The notes under the pieces are model-generated. The model was not told the DNA's origin. It did no database searches and worked only from the letters and a program-made list of their open reading frames with translations. 64,000 nucleotides of DNA from Pseudomonadota bacterium (lineage in GTDB: Bacteria; Myxococcota; JACRCW01; JAFGSX01): assembly GCA_043821645.1 (NCBI GenBank), contig JBDRCO010000087.1, positions 160,001 through 224,000 of the forward strand, given 5' to 3'. Shown here piece after piece: positions 30,888-40,838 of this stretch (the stretch's first letter is position 1; each line of letters begins with the position of its first letter). Both the position numbers and the translations under genes were made by a program.

Positions 30888-32027
30888 ATGCAAGAAACCC
30901 AGAAATGGATGCGCGCGCTCCAGGCGAGGCCTTGCGTGGCTGGAGTGCTTCACGCGGGTGTGGCGGGTCTGCTGATCGCGCTGGGCGGCTGTCCCGAGCA
31001 AGTGCCCTCGGATCAGCAGTGCACGAGCGATGAGGCCTGTCCTACCGGCTACCGCTGCGTGGCCAGGGTCTGCGTCCAACCCCGGGACGCGAGCCAGGCC
31101 CCGGTGGATGCGGGGACTGGCGATGGCGTGGTACTGGACGTCGGTACCAGGCCGGACGCCATGCCCGACGCTGCCCAGGACGCGAACCTGCCGGATACCA
31201 TTCAGCTCGACACCACGGTGAGGGATCAGCAGTCGGCGGCAGATTCTGTCGCCCCCGGGCCAGATTCCTCGACCGGCGACGCTGTGCGCGCGGACCTGGC
31301 CACCGGCGATCTTGGACCAGCGGACCAGGGCTTGACCGACATGTCTGTCGTCGTGGATTCCATGGCAGAGGTGGATTCGCGCATGGACGGCGAAGCCGGG
31401 ATCGCCGAGGCGGGCTGTGCGACACGCGAGCTTGAACTTTCTCCCGCGGCCGACACCCAGCTGTGCCAGGGCGCGGGCGCCACCATCACCTACGGCGCGA
31501 GCCCCATCTTCAACCTGGGTGTGTGTCGCCCCGCACTGCGCTTCACCGTCGACGCCAGCTCCGCCCAGGCCCTGCGCCAGGGCCGCGTCACCCGGCTCAG
31601 GCTGGTGCTCTACCGCGTGCAGAATCACACCGACTGCGCCGGTGCCTGTCCCGCGGCCACGGGCTGGGCCTTCTTTTACCCGATGCGCAATGACTGGGTT
31701 GAGGGCACCGGACTTGCGGGCCAGGGAGCCAACTGGTTCCAGCGCGATCAGGGCGCGCCCTGGGGAGACGATGGTGCATCGGCGGATGGGACAGACCAGG
31801 ATCGCGCCCATGGTGTCTCTGCGCTGGTCAACGCCTCGGACTCCGTGCTGCAGGTGGATCTGCCGCCCGAGGGTTTTGCCGCCTCGCCATGGCTTGGGGA
31901 TGTCCCGAACCAGAGTTCGGCACAGCTCTCCGTCCTCGCCACGCCCGATACAGGATTGGTCTTCGTGATGGCATCCAAAGAGATGGGTGTCGCCCCGCCG
32001 ACGCTCACCGTGACGTATTGCCAGTAG
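30888..32027 (+). CDS. Cys-rich lipoprotein with Asp-rich linker and C-terminal beta domain
   Basis: Lipobox LGGC; CTSDEACPTGYRC; DA-rich linker; start uncertain. Confidence 0.6.
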   Translation: MQETQKWMRALQARPCVAGVLHAGVAGLLIALGGCPEQVPSDQQCTSDEACPTGYRCVARVCVQPRDASQAPVDAGTGDGVVLDVGTRPDAMPDAAQDANLPDTIQLDTTVRDQQSAADSVAPGPDSSTGDAVRADLATGDLGPADQGLTDMSVVVDSMAEVDSRMDGEAGIAEAGCATRELELSPAADTQLCQGAGATITYGASPIFNLGVCRPALRFTVDASSAQALRQGRVTRLRLVLYRVQNHTDCAGACPAATGWAFFYPMRNDWVEGTGLAGQGANWFQRDQGAPWGDDGASADGTDQDRAHGVSALVNASDSVLQVDLPPEGFAASPWLGDVPNQSSAQLSVLATPDTGLVFVMASKEMGVAPPTLTVTYCQ

Positions 32028-32044
32028 GCACGCCGGGCCGGCGG

Positions 32045-34369
32045 TCAGCTCGTCTGGGGCAGAGCGTCGAGCGCCGCGAGTACGGCCTCGGGCGTGAAGG
32101 GGGTCTTGCGCAGGCGGATGCCGCAGGCGTCGAAGATGGCGTTGCTGATGGCCGGGCAGGCGCCGTTGATGTTGATCTCGCTGACGCTCTTGGCGCCGTA
32201 GGGGCCCGTGGGCTCGACCGTGGGCACCAGGATGGTGACCAGCTCGGGCATGTCGTTGGCGGCCATGATGCGGTAGCCATCGAAGGTGCCGTTGAGCACC
32301 TTGCCCTTGTCGTTGAAGATGAAGCGCTCGGTCAGGGCATAGCTGATGCCGTTGGCGACGGAGCCCTCGATCTGGCCCTCGGCCAGCTGCGGGTGCAGCG
32401 CGCGGCCGCAGTCACAGGCCGCCACGTACTTCTTCACCCGCACCACGCCGGTTTCGGTATCCACATCGACTTCGGCGAAGTGGGCGGCAAAGGGCGGCGG
32501 CGACTGGTGCGAGATGGCGCTCTCGGTGGCCGCGATCTGAAACTGGTCCGCCTCGTACAGGGTGCGGCTGCCGATGTCGCGCAGGCTGACCTGCTTGCCG
32601 TCGGGACCGTGGCAGGCGCTGTCGGCCAGGGTGATCTGGCCCGGCTTGCAGCCCAGCACCTGGGCTGCCACCTGCTTGATCTGGGTCGCCACCTTGAGCG
32701 CGGCGCGGCGCGCGGCCTCACCGGACAGGTAGGTGGTCGACGAGGCATAGGCGCCCACGTCGAAGGGCGTGACGTCGGTGTCGCTGGATAGCACGACGAA
32801 GTGGCCGACGTCGGTGCCCAGAACCTCGGCGGCGATCTGCGCCAGCACCGTGTCCGAGCCTGTGCCCAGGTCGGTGGCGCCGGCCAGCAGGTTAAAGGAT
32901 CCGTCCTCGTTCATCTTCAGTGAGACCGAGGCCATGTCGATCTCGGGGATGGACGAGCCCTGCATCAGTGCCGCCATGCCGATGCCGCGTTTGATGGGCC
33001 CCTTGCCTGGCTTTCCGCGCTTCTTCCAACCAATGGCCTTGGCGCCGAGCCTGATGCATTTGGTGAGCCCGCAGGAGCGGATGATCTGCTCGACGCCGGC
33101 CTTGCCCTCGCCCAGCATGGCGAACACCGGCGAGCCCTCGCCCTTATTGATGTGGTGCTTCAGGCGCCACTCGAGAGGATCGATGCCGAGGTGCTGGCAG
33201 ATCTCGTCAACCTGAACCTCCTGGGCAAAAGAGGCCTGGGTGCCGCCGTAGCCGCGGTAGGCACCGCCCACGGGAAGGTTGGTGTAGACGGTGGTTCCGC
33301 GAAAAGCCACGGTGTCGCGGTGGTACAGGGGCAAGGTCTTGGAGCCGCAGTTGGTCAGCACCGTGAGCCCGTGCGAGCCGTAGGCGCCGGTGTTGGACAG
33401 CACGGTCATGCGGGTGGCGACGAGCCGGCCATCATCCATGTAACCCTGCTCCAGGCGCACCGCCTGGGGATGACGCGTGCGTGAGCACACGGTCTCCTCG
33501 TAGCGGTTGAGCTCCAGCAGCACAGGGCGCCGGGCGGCCAGGGCCAGGGCCGCGACCATGGGCTCGAGCAGCACCTCCTGCTTGGCGCCGAAGCCGCCGC
33601 CGATGCGCGGCTTGATCACGCGAATTTGCCGCACGTCCAGGTTCAGCGCGCGCGCCGTGATGCGGCGGGCGTGAAAGGGCACCTGGGTCGAGGTGCGGAT
33701 GATGATGCGCCCCATGGGATCGACCCAGGCTGCGCACACGTGCGGCTCCAGCGGCGCGTGCTGGCCGTAGTGCACCTCGTACTCGTGATCGATGCGCTGA
33801 TCGGCCCGGGCCAGGGCCGCGTCCACGTCTCCGGCGCTGACGTCGACGTGGGCGCACAGGTTGTGCTCGGGGTCGTATTCCACCGGGATGGGGATGGTGG
33901 CCTCGGGCTCGTCGTGGATGACGGGCGCGCCGGCGGCCTGGGCCTGGCGCATGTCGAGCACCGCAGGCAGGATCTCGTAGTCGACCTCGATCAGAGACAG
34001 TGCCCTGTCCGCGATGGCTGCAGTCTCCGCCGCCACCAGGGCCACGTGGTCACCCACGAAGCGAACCTTGCTGTCGAGGATGAAGGTGTCGTAGGGCGAG
34101 GGCTCGGGCGCGCCCTGGCCCGCGGTGGTGAAGGGGATGCGCGGGACGTCGTGATGGGTGAGCACGGCGTGCACGCCAGCCAGGGCCCGTGCCTTGGTGG
34201 CGTCGATGCGTCGGATGCGCGCGTGGGCGTGGGGGGAGCGCAGCACCTTGCCGATCAGGGTGCCCGCGGGCAGCTCGTCGGCGACGAACATGGGCGCGCC
34301 GCAGGCCAGGGCCATGGCGTCGAGCTTGGTGACCGAATGACCGATGACCTTGAGGGTGTTCGTGCTCAT
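32045..34369 (-). CDS. xanthine dehydrogenase family molybdopterin-binding subunit (XdhD-like)
   Basis: RSPHAHARI, GQGAPEPSPYD, IGGGFGAKQ, GAYRGYG, GPYGAKSVSE. Confidence 0.93.
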   Translation of the reverse strand: MSTNTLKVIGHSVTKLDAMALACGAPMFVADELPAGTLIGKVLRSPHAHARIRRIDATKARALAGVHAVLTHHDVPRIPFTTAGQGAPEPSPYDTFILDSKVRFVGDHVALVAAETAAIADRALSLIEVDYEILPAVLDMRQAQAAGAPVIHDEPEATIPIPVEYDPEHNLCAHVDVSAGDVDAALARADQRIDHEYEVHYGQHAPLEPHVCAAWVDPMGRIIIRTSTQVPFHARRITARALNLDVRQIRVIKPRIGGGFGAKQEVLLEPMVAALALAARRPVLLELNRYEETVCSRTRHPQAVRLEQGYMDDGRLVATRMTVLSNTGAYGSHGLTVLTNCGSKTLPLYHRDTVAFRGTTVYTNLPVGGAYRGYGGTQASFAQEVQVDEICQHLGIDPLEWRLKHHINKGEGSPVFAMLGEGKAGVEQIIRSCGLTKCIRLGAKAIGWKKRGKPGKGPIKRGIGMAALMQGSSIPEIDMASVSLKMNEDGSFNLLAGATDLGTGSDTVLAQIAAEVLGTDVGHFVVLSSDTDVTPFDVGAYASSTTYLSGEAARRAALKVATQIKQVAAQVLGCKPGQITLADSACHGPDGKQVSLRDIGSRTLYEADQFQIAATESAISHQSPPPFAAHFAEVDVDTETGVVRVKKYVAACDCGRALHPQLAEGQIEGSVANGISYALTERFIFNDKGKVLNGTFDGYRIMAANDMPELVTILVPTVEPTGPYGAKSVSEININGACPAISNAIFDACGIRLRKTPFTPEAVLAALDALPQTS

Positions 34370-34830
34370 CGGGAACCTCCGCCGGTCACGACCTTCTCGA
34401 CCGCCTCGAACATCTTCACGTAGCCCGTGCAGCGGCACAGGTTGCCGTCCATGGCCTGGGCGATGTCGCCCCGCGTGGGCTTGTGGCTGCGGTCGAGCAG
34501 GGCCTTGGCCGACAGGATCGCCCCGGGTGTGCAGAAGCCACACTGTACGGCGCCGGCGTCGACGAAGGCTTGCTGCAGCGGGTGCGGCCTGTCCAGCGAC
34601 CCCAGACCCTCGATGGTGGTGATGTGACGTCCCTGCACCTGACCGGCCATGGTCATGCAGGCGTACACGGCCTGGCCGTCGACGAGCACGGTGCAGGCAC
34701 CGCACACACCCTCGTGGCAACCGGCCTTGACGCCCTGGTAGCCCTGGGCGCGCAGCACGTCGAGCAGGCAGGCATCCGCCGCGCAGTCCAGGCTGTGCGC
34801 CTGGCCGTTGATGGTGACATCGAGGATCAC
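34366..34830 (-). CDS. (2Fe-2S) subunit of molybdenum hydroxylase
   Basis: GCHEGVCGACTV, QCGFCTPG, GNLCRCTGY. Confidence 0.95.
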   Translation of the reverse strand: MILDVTINGQAHSLDCAADACLLDVLRAQGYQGVKAGCHEGVCGACTVLVDGQAVYACMTMAGQVQGRHITTIEGLGSLDRPHPLQQAFVDAGAVQCGFCTPGAILSAKALLDRSHKPTRGDIAQAMDGNLCRCTGYVKMFEAVEKVVTGGGSR

Positions 34831-35693
34831 TGGGCACCTCCGGCGGCAAGGCGGGCTCTGGCCACGGCGTCTTCGAGGGCACGCCGGATCTCGACCTGCA
34901 TCAGGCGCGCGCGCAGCGCGGGCGCCATTCGGATGTCGGGTGTGACGTGGACACCGGCCGCGGCGAGGGCGGCAGCCTCCTGGAGCAACGTGGGGGTCGG
35001 CTTGTGACCCTCGACGGTCTGCTCGGCGGCGGTCAACCGAAGCGGCCGCGGGCACACCGCACCGACGGCGATGCGTGCGCGCTTGCAGCGGTCGCCCTCG
35101 AGCTCGACGCAGGCTGCCACCGCGACCAGCGCATAGTCGACCTGGCTCTCGCGCAGGCGTCGGTACACGCCCCCGCACTGGCCGCCGTTGTAGGGCACGC
35201 TGACCCCGGTGATCAGGGCGCCCTGGGGCAGCACGCGCGTCGGATGCTCCTCGACCAGCGCGCGCATGGGCAGATCGCGCGGACCCGAGGGCGTCTCGAC
35301 GTGCACCAGGGCGTCGAGGGCGAGCAAGGCCACGGGCAGGTCGGCCCAGGACACGAGCTGCACCAGGTTGCCCCCCACGGTGATGGCGTTGCGCAGGGGT
35401 TCGGTGGCGATGCCGGCCGCGGCCTCAGAGAGCAGTCTGCCCTCGGCACCGGGCAGGTTGGCGCGGGCCAGCTCGGCCACGCGCGCTGCAGCGCCGATCA
35501 CGATGCGGTCCTCGCTGGCGCCGATCTGGCTCATGCCGCAGCGGGTCACATCGACCAGCAGGGTCGCTCCCCGGCGATTGCCGCGGATCAGTGCGGTGCC
35601 GCCACCGACGGGAATGGCCGGTCGCGACGGATCGCCAAGCAAGCCCACGGCTTCCTTGACGCTGCTGGGGTAGGCAAAGGACGCGATGGACAT
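34827..35693 (-). CDS. FAD-binding subunit of molybdenum hydroxylase
   Basis: GGGT, RNAITVGGN, ADLPVALLALDA. Confidence 0.9.
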   Translation of the reverse strand: MSIASFAYPSSVKEAVGLLGDPSRPAIPVGGGTALIRGNRRGATLLVDVTRCGMSQIGASEDRIVIGAAARVAELARANLPGAEGRLLSEAAAGIATEPLRNAITVGGNLVQLVSWADLPVALLALDALVHVETPSGPRDLPMRALVEEHPTRVLPQGALITGVSVPYNGGQCGGVYRRLRESQVDYALVAVAACVELEGDRCKRARIAVGAVCPRPLRLTAAEQTVEGHKPTPTLLQEAAALAAAGVHVTPDIRMAPALRARLMQVEIRRALEDAVARARLAAGGAQ

Positions 35694-35863
35694 GTCGTTC
35701 ACCTCGCAGGAACAAACGCCTTGCAGGATGCAGTGGCACACAGTTTTTCGAGGAGGAACGCGTCCTTGTCAACTGTCGGGGCACAGGAGCGATTCAGCCA
35801 GGCGAAGCCGGGCTCTCCACGACGCCCCGCGCGAGCTCGTGGGGTGCTGAGGTCGGCGCCCAG

Positions 35864-37252
35864 CTACGGCAGAGTGCGCACCGGACGGAACCCGAGATCG
35901 CTGAAGTGGTTCCCGGGCGCGCGGTGATTGCGGAACGCTGCGCGCGCGTACTGCGCCGCCTGAAGGGCCGAGCCGCCGCGGGTCAAACGCCCGGTGCCCG
36001 TACCGTCGGTGGGCGGTCCCCAGGGATCGAGGGATATTTGAGGGTCGATGGCTCCCCACCAGTCCTGACACCACTCGAACACACTGCCCAGCATGTCGTG
36101 CAGACCGAAGCCATTGGGTAGAAGCTGCCCCGCCGGGTGCAGGCTCAAGCCGCTGTTGCCGCAGACCCAGGCCACGGGATCGAGCACGGGGTTCGGAAAC
36201 TCACAGTCCAGCAGCGTGGCGTCGAGGTCACCATTGTAAGTGGCGGTGGTGGTTCCGGCCCGTGCGGCGTACTCCCACTCGGCCTCGGTGGGCAATCTGT
36301 AGCCCGTGCAGACGTAGGGGCTCGACCACATCGGATCGAGGTCGCACACCACGGTGGCCCCGGTACTGCCGCAGGCGTAGCACGGCGCCCTTTCCTGGGA
36401 CGTGGACAGGGCGTTGCAGTAGGCCGCGGCTTGGTGCCAGGTGACGTGGTTGACCGGGCAGCTTGCGCAGCTGGTGATGCCTGCAGGGCTGTAGTGCATC
36501 AGGCCCTCGAACTCGCCCCGGGTCAGCTCGGTGCTGCGCATCACGAAGCTGTGGCTCAAGGTCACGCTGTGCAGGACCTCGCCACCGGGTGCCCAGCGCC
36601 CCGCCTCGGAATCATCGGATCCCATCGTGAACTGGCCAGCAGGCACGGTGACCCAAGTGGGTCGCGCGGCGTCCTCTGCCGTTGCAGCGTCGAGAACCGG
36701 GCCGGAATCGATCGGTGGACCGGTGTCGGGTGCGGGGGCTGAATCGATCGCCAGACCCGCATCGAGAATCAGCGCCGCGTCCTCCACGGCCACAGCGTCC
36801 GCACGTACGTTGCCATCCTGGGCCTCCAGCACATCCCACGCTCCGTTGGCGGCATCGGTCAGGTCCCGGCCATCTTCATCGGAAATCCATCCATCCCGAA
36901 GGGTGCTGTCCGGTGTCTCGACGTCGTGGCGCAGACCCGCGTCCTCGGGCGGCAGGGCCACGTCCACCACCGTCAGATCTCCGGGACCGGCATCGGACGC
37001 AGCATCGGTGCTCGTGCCATCGAGGCTTCCACCCTCGACCGCGCCAGGCCAGGTGCAGTAGCCATGGGGTTGTGCACAGAACAGGCCCTCGGGACAGTCC
37101 GCCTGGCGACCACAAGGAGTCACGGTGAGGGGAGGACGGCAGGACGTCGCCGCGATGGTCAGAACGACCAGGTGCAGGCAGGCGCGTGCCCGCACCGTGG
37201 ACGGCCCGCCAAGCACCCCAGGCTGGATGCGCCGGTTCAACATGGACGCCAC
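35864..37252 (-). CDS. lipoprotein with C-terminal FGE-sulfatase (SUMF1) domain
   Basis: FTMGS, RLPTEAEWEYAARAG, PNGFGLHDMLG..EW, RGGS, GFR; start uncertain. Confidence 0.88.
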   Translation of the reverse strand: MASMLNRRIQPGVLGGPSTVRARACLHLVVLTIAATSCRPPLTVTPCGRQADCPEGLFCAQPHGYCTWPGAVEGGSLDGTSTDAASDAGPGDLTVVDVALPPEDAGLRHDVETPDSTLRDGWISDEDGRDLTDAANGAWDVLEAQDGNVRADAVAVEDAALILDAGLAIDSAPAPDTGPPIDSGPVLDAATAEDAARPTWVTVPAGQFTMGSDDSEAGRWAPGGEVLHSVTLSHSFVMRSTELTRGEFEGLMHYSPAGITSCASCPVNHVTWHQAAAYCNALSTSQERAPCYACGSTGATVVCDLDPMWSSPYVCTGYRLPTEAEWEYAARAGTTTATYNGDLDATLLDCEFPNPVLDPVAWVCGNSGLSLHPAGQLLPNGFGLHDMLGSVFEWCQDWWGAIDPQISLDPWGPPTDGTGTGRLTRGGSALQAAQYARAAFRNHRAPGNHFSDLGFRPVRTLP

Positions 37253-37318
37253 GAGTGTAGCAGACTTCGCGCTGGAGAGCGGGCCGGGGTCTCGCTGCGG
37301 CGAGGGGCGGACAGGCTG

Positions 37319-38500
37319 CTAGAACCGATACGCCAGTCCCGCGTAAAAAGCCGAGGCCTTGACCAGATCGGCTATGGCGACCTTCTCGTTGGGGGCGTGC
37401 GCCAGCACCTCGTTGCCCGGGCCGAAGCCGATGCAGGGGATGTCGTACACGCCGCGAATGGTCACGCCGTTGGTCGAGAAGGTCCACTTGTCGACGACAG
37501 GCGGCTCTCCGAACAGCTCGAGGTAGGCACCGACGGCAGCCTGCACCGCCGGGTGGTCTTGTTCGAGTTTCCAGGTCGGGTAGTACTTCTCCATGCCGTA
37601 GCGGCGGCCGGTGTAGGCGGTCTCCTCGTACTGCAGCACCTCGACGGTGGCGGGCAGGTCCTTCACGATGGCCTGGATCTCGGCCACGGCGCTGTCCTTG
37701 GTCTCGCCCCAGGTGAGGCGGCGGTCCAGGTGGATGCGCGCGCTGTCGGCGACGGCACACAGCGACGGCGAGCCCGACACGATCTCGCTCACGGTGACGC
37801 TGCCCTTGCCCAGGAAGTCGTCATGCGCCAGGCGCTCGTTGAGCTTCTCGATCTCGAGGCACGCCCGGGAGGCCATGTAGATGGCGTTCTTGCCGCGCTC
37901 CGGAGCGCTGCCGTGCGACGACACGCCCGAGAAGTGGACCCGGATCTCCATGCGCCCGCGGTGGCCGCGGTAGATCTGGCAGCGCGTGGGCTCGGTGCTG
38001 ACCACGAGGTCGGGCTTCAGGCCTTCTTCCTCGACGATGTACTTCCAGCACAGACCGTCGCAGTCCTCCTCCATCACGCTGCCCACGAAGTAGACGCTGA
38101 GGTCGCGGTCCAGACCCAGCTCCTTGAGTACCCGCCCCGTCGTCACGAAGGCTGCCGGGCCGCCCTCCTGGTCCACCGTGCCTCGGCCGTGCACCCAGCC
38201 GTCCTCGATGGCTCCCGAGAAGGGGTCGCGCTCCCAGTTGGCGCGGTTGCCCACGTCCACGGTGTCCATGTGCCCGTCGAAGGCGAGGATGCGCTTGCCC
38301 TGGCCGACGCGGCCGATGACGTTGCCGAGGCCGTCGATGCGCACCTCGTCAAAGCCCACGTCGCGCATCTGCCTGGCCAGCTCGGCCTGCACATCTTTTT
38401 CCTGGCACGACAGGGACTTGATCTGCACCAGCTTCGACAGCTGGCGGGCGGTGTCGTCACGGTACTTCTCGCACAGTTCCAGGATGCGCTTGGGGTCCAT
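37319..38500 (-). CDS. ygeY: YgeY family M20 hydrolase
   Basis: DGHMDTV, GRGTVDQEGG, VMEEDCDG, RGHRGRME, KWTFSTNG, AHAPNE. Confidence 0.9.
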   Translation of the reverse strand: MDPKRILELCEKYRDDTARQLSKLVQIKSLSCQEKDVQAELARQMRDVGFDEVRIDGLGNVIGRVGQGKRILAFDGHMDTVDVGNRANWERDPFSGAIEDGWVHGRGTVDQEGGPAAFVTTGRVLKELGLDRDLSVYFVGSVMEEDCDGLCWKYIVEEEGLKPDLVVSTEPTRCQIYRGHRGRMEIRVHFSGVSSHGSAPERGKNAIYMASRACLEIEKLNERLAHDDFLGKGSVTVSEIVSGSPSLCAVADSARIHLDRRLTWGETKDSAVAEIQAIVKDLPATVEVLQYEETAYTGRRYGMEKYYPTWKLEQDHPAVQAAVGAYLELFGEPPVVDKWTFSTNGVTIRGVYDIPCIGFGPGNEVLAHAPNEKVAIADLVKASAFYAGLAYRF

Positions 38501-38518
38501 GCTGTCCTCGTTCGTTGC

Positions 38519-39757
38519 TCAGTCGTTGCGAAACAGGTCCTCGACCCGTGCCGGGTCCGGTGACACCGCGCGCAGCTCGTCCATGCGGCCGAGCACGGCG
38601 TTCACGTCCTTGAGCCCGCTGCCCGTGACCAGCACCACCACCTCGCTGTCGGGCGAGATCAGACCCTCGGCCACTGCTTTCTTGAGCCCGGCCCAAGGTG
38701 TCGCGCCCGCGGGCTCGGCGAACACTCCGGAGCCCCGGGCCAGCTCGGGGATGGCGTCCAGGATGGCCTCGTCGTCGACGGTGATGGCCAGGCCCTGACT
38801 GTCGCGGATCGCCTGCACCGCGGCCTCGCCGTCGCGCGGCAGGCTGACCGAGATGGAGTCGGCCACGGTCTGTCCCGACACCGGCTGCAGGGGCTGCCCG
38901 GAGCGAAAGCTGTCGACGATGGCGGCGCTGCCCGTGGCCTGCACCGCGAGCAGCCGCGGCACGCGCTCGATGAGACCGAGCTGCCGCAGGTCGTCAAAGC
39001 CCTTGGCCACGCCGGACAGGATGTTGCCATCGCCCACGGCCACGGCCACCACGTCGGGGACGCTCCAGCCACGCTGCTCGGCGATCTCGTAGCTCACGGT
39101 CTTCTTGCCCTCGCGGGTGAAGGGGTTGAAGCCGGTGTTGCGGTTGTACCAGCCAAAGCGATCGCAGGCTGCCAGGCACAGGTCAAAGGCCTGGTCGTAG
39201 GTGCCGTCGACGGCGATGACCTCGGCGCCAAAGGCCACCAGCTGGGCGATCTTCGCCCGCGGAGCCGCCGCCGGGATGAAGATGCGTGCGCGCAGGCCGT
39301 TGACCGCGGCCAGGGTGGCGGTCGACGAGGCCGCGTTGCCAGTGGAGGCGCCGACGACGAGATCGTGACCCGTTTCCCGCGCCCGCTGCAGAGCCACGGC
39401 GCTGGCGCGATCCTTGAGCGAGGCCGAGGGGTTCTTGCCGTCGTCCTTGATCTGCACCCGGCGCAGGCTCAGCTCCGAGGCCAGGCGCGGCGCCTCGACC
39501 AGGGGCGTCCAGCCCACGGGTGGGCCCTGCAATCTGTCCTGCAGCGGCAACATGGCCGCGTAGCGCCAGATGCTGCGCTCGGGGTTGCGGGCCAGGGTCT
39601 CTCGCGTCAGCACGCGCGCGGCGCGGGCGTGGTCATAGCGCAGCTGCAGGTTGCCCCCGCAGGCTGCGCACACGGGCACGTCGCGGCGCAGCTCGCAGTG
39701 CTCGCCGCAGCGCACGCAGCTCAGATCCACGACGTGGTCGAGGCCGCTCACCGTCAC
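38519..39757 (-). CDS. threonine synthase-like fold-type II PLP enzyme
   Basis: N-terminal CxxC..CxxC, NPSASLKDR, ASTGNAA, EGKKT, VTGSGLKD. Confidence 0.88.
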   Translation of the reverse strand: MTVSGLDHVVDLSCVRCGEHCELRRDVPVCAACGGNLQLRYDHARAARVLTRETLARNPERSIWRYAAMLPLQDRLQGPPVGWTPLVEAPRLASELSLRRVQIKDDGKNPSASLKDRASAVALQRARETGHDLVVGASTGNAASSTATLAAVNGLRARIFIPAAAPRAKIAQLVAFGAEVIAVDGTYDQAFDLCLAACDRFGWYNRNTGFNPFTREGKKTVSYEIAEQRGWSVPDVVAVAVGDGNILSGVAKGFDDLRQLGLIERVPRLLAVQATGSAAIVDSFRSGQPLQPVSGQTVADSISVSLPRDGEAAVQAIRDSQGLAITVDDEAILDAIPELARGSGVFAEPAGATPWAGLKKAVAEGLISPDSEVVVLVTGSGLKDVNAVLGRMDELRAVSPDPARVEDLFRND

Positions 39758-40704
39758 GGCACGATCCAGGTGCCGGTCTCGCCGGCCATGGCGCGCTCGA
39801 GGTTGGGGGGATCGGTGAGCAGGGCCTGCTTGCCGCTGGCCTCGACGAACTCGATCATGGCCTGGATCTTGGGCAGCATGCTACCGGGCTTGAAATGGCC
39901 CTCGGTGATGTATTGCCTCGCCTCGGCCAGGGTCATGCGGTCCACGGCGCGTTGCTGTGGCGTTCCAAAGTTCACGAAGACCTGCTCGACGGCGGTGGAG
40001 ATGACCAGCAGGTCCGCACCGAGCTGCTGCGCCAGCAGGCCGGTCGCAAAATCCTTGTCGATGACGGCGTCGACTCCGTGCAGGTGTGATTGCCTGTCCA
40101 GGGTCACGGGAATGCCGCCACCCCCCACCGCCACCACCACGAAGCCCGCCTCGATGAGCGTGCGGATGGCGTCGAGTTCCATGATCTCGACAGGCCGCGG
40201 CGAGGCCACCACGCGGCGGTAACCGCGGCCCGCGTCCTCGACCACGTTCCAGCCTTCTTGCGTGCGACGCTTCTCCGCGGTGGCCGCGTCCATGAAGGTG
40301 CCAATGGGCTTGCTGGGCTTGGCAAAGGCCGGGTCTGCGCTGTCGACGCGCACCTGGGTGACCACCGTGACGACGCGAGGTGGCACGGGCCAGCCGTGAC
40401 ACTCGTTGTGAAAGGCCTGCTGGATCTGGTAGCCGATGGCGCCCTGGGTATCGGCGCCGCAGGAATCCAGGGGTACCAGGTGCAGCTCGTGGGCGGCCAG
40501 CTCGCTGCGCCGAAGGATGAAGCCGACCTGGGGACCGTTGCCGTGGGTGATGACCACGCGGTGGCCCTCGCGGATCAGGGGCGCGATGTGCTCGCAGGTC
40601 TCGTGCACGGCCTGGTACTGGTCGGGCACCGTGCGATGTGCCTCGTCCTTGATCAGGGAATTGCCGCCAATGGCCAGGATGATGAGCTTCTTGTCAGCCG
40701 GCAC
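39754..40704 (-). CDS. arcC: carbamate kinase
   Basis: AIGGNSL, THGNGPQVG, RRVVASP, GGGGIPV, VIDKD, GSMLPK. Confidence 0.95.
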   Translation of the reverse strand: MPADKKLIILAIGGNSLIKDEAHRTVPDQYQAVHETCEHIAPLIREGHRVVITHGNGPQVGFILRRSELAAHELHLVPLDSCGADTQGAIGYQIQQAFHNECHGWPVPPRVVTVVTQVRVDSADPAFAKPSKPIGTFMDAATAEKRRTQEGWNVVEDAGRGYRRVVASPRPVEIMELDAIRTLIEAGFVVVAVGGGGIPVTLDRQSHLHGVDAVIDKDFATGLLAQQLGADLLVISTAVEQVFVNFGTPQQRAVDRMTLAEARQYITEGHFKPGSMLPKIQAMIEFVEASGKQALLTDPPNLERAMAGETGTWIVP

Positions 40705-40838
40705 GCGTCCTCCTCGCCCCCCGCACCTGGCAGCGTCGCACGTCCGGGGCCACCCGCCGCGCACCGGGGTGGGGGAGGGTGCGGTGCGACGTCACCGCGC
40801 CGCGCAGCCTAGCAGAAACAGGTTGACGACAGGAACTA

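Noticed and set aside
35694-35863. Possible Moco riboswitch upstream of the xdh genes
   Set aside because: Only a generic hairpin and a TTGACA with a weak -10 are visible; no Moco RNA consensus recognised without an Infernal search.
35864-36100. FGE domain as a diversity-generating retroelement target
   Set aside because: No reverse transcriptase or template repeat in the window.
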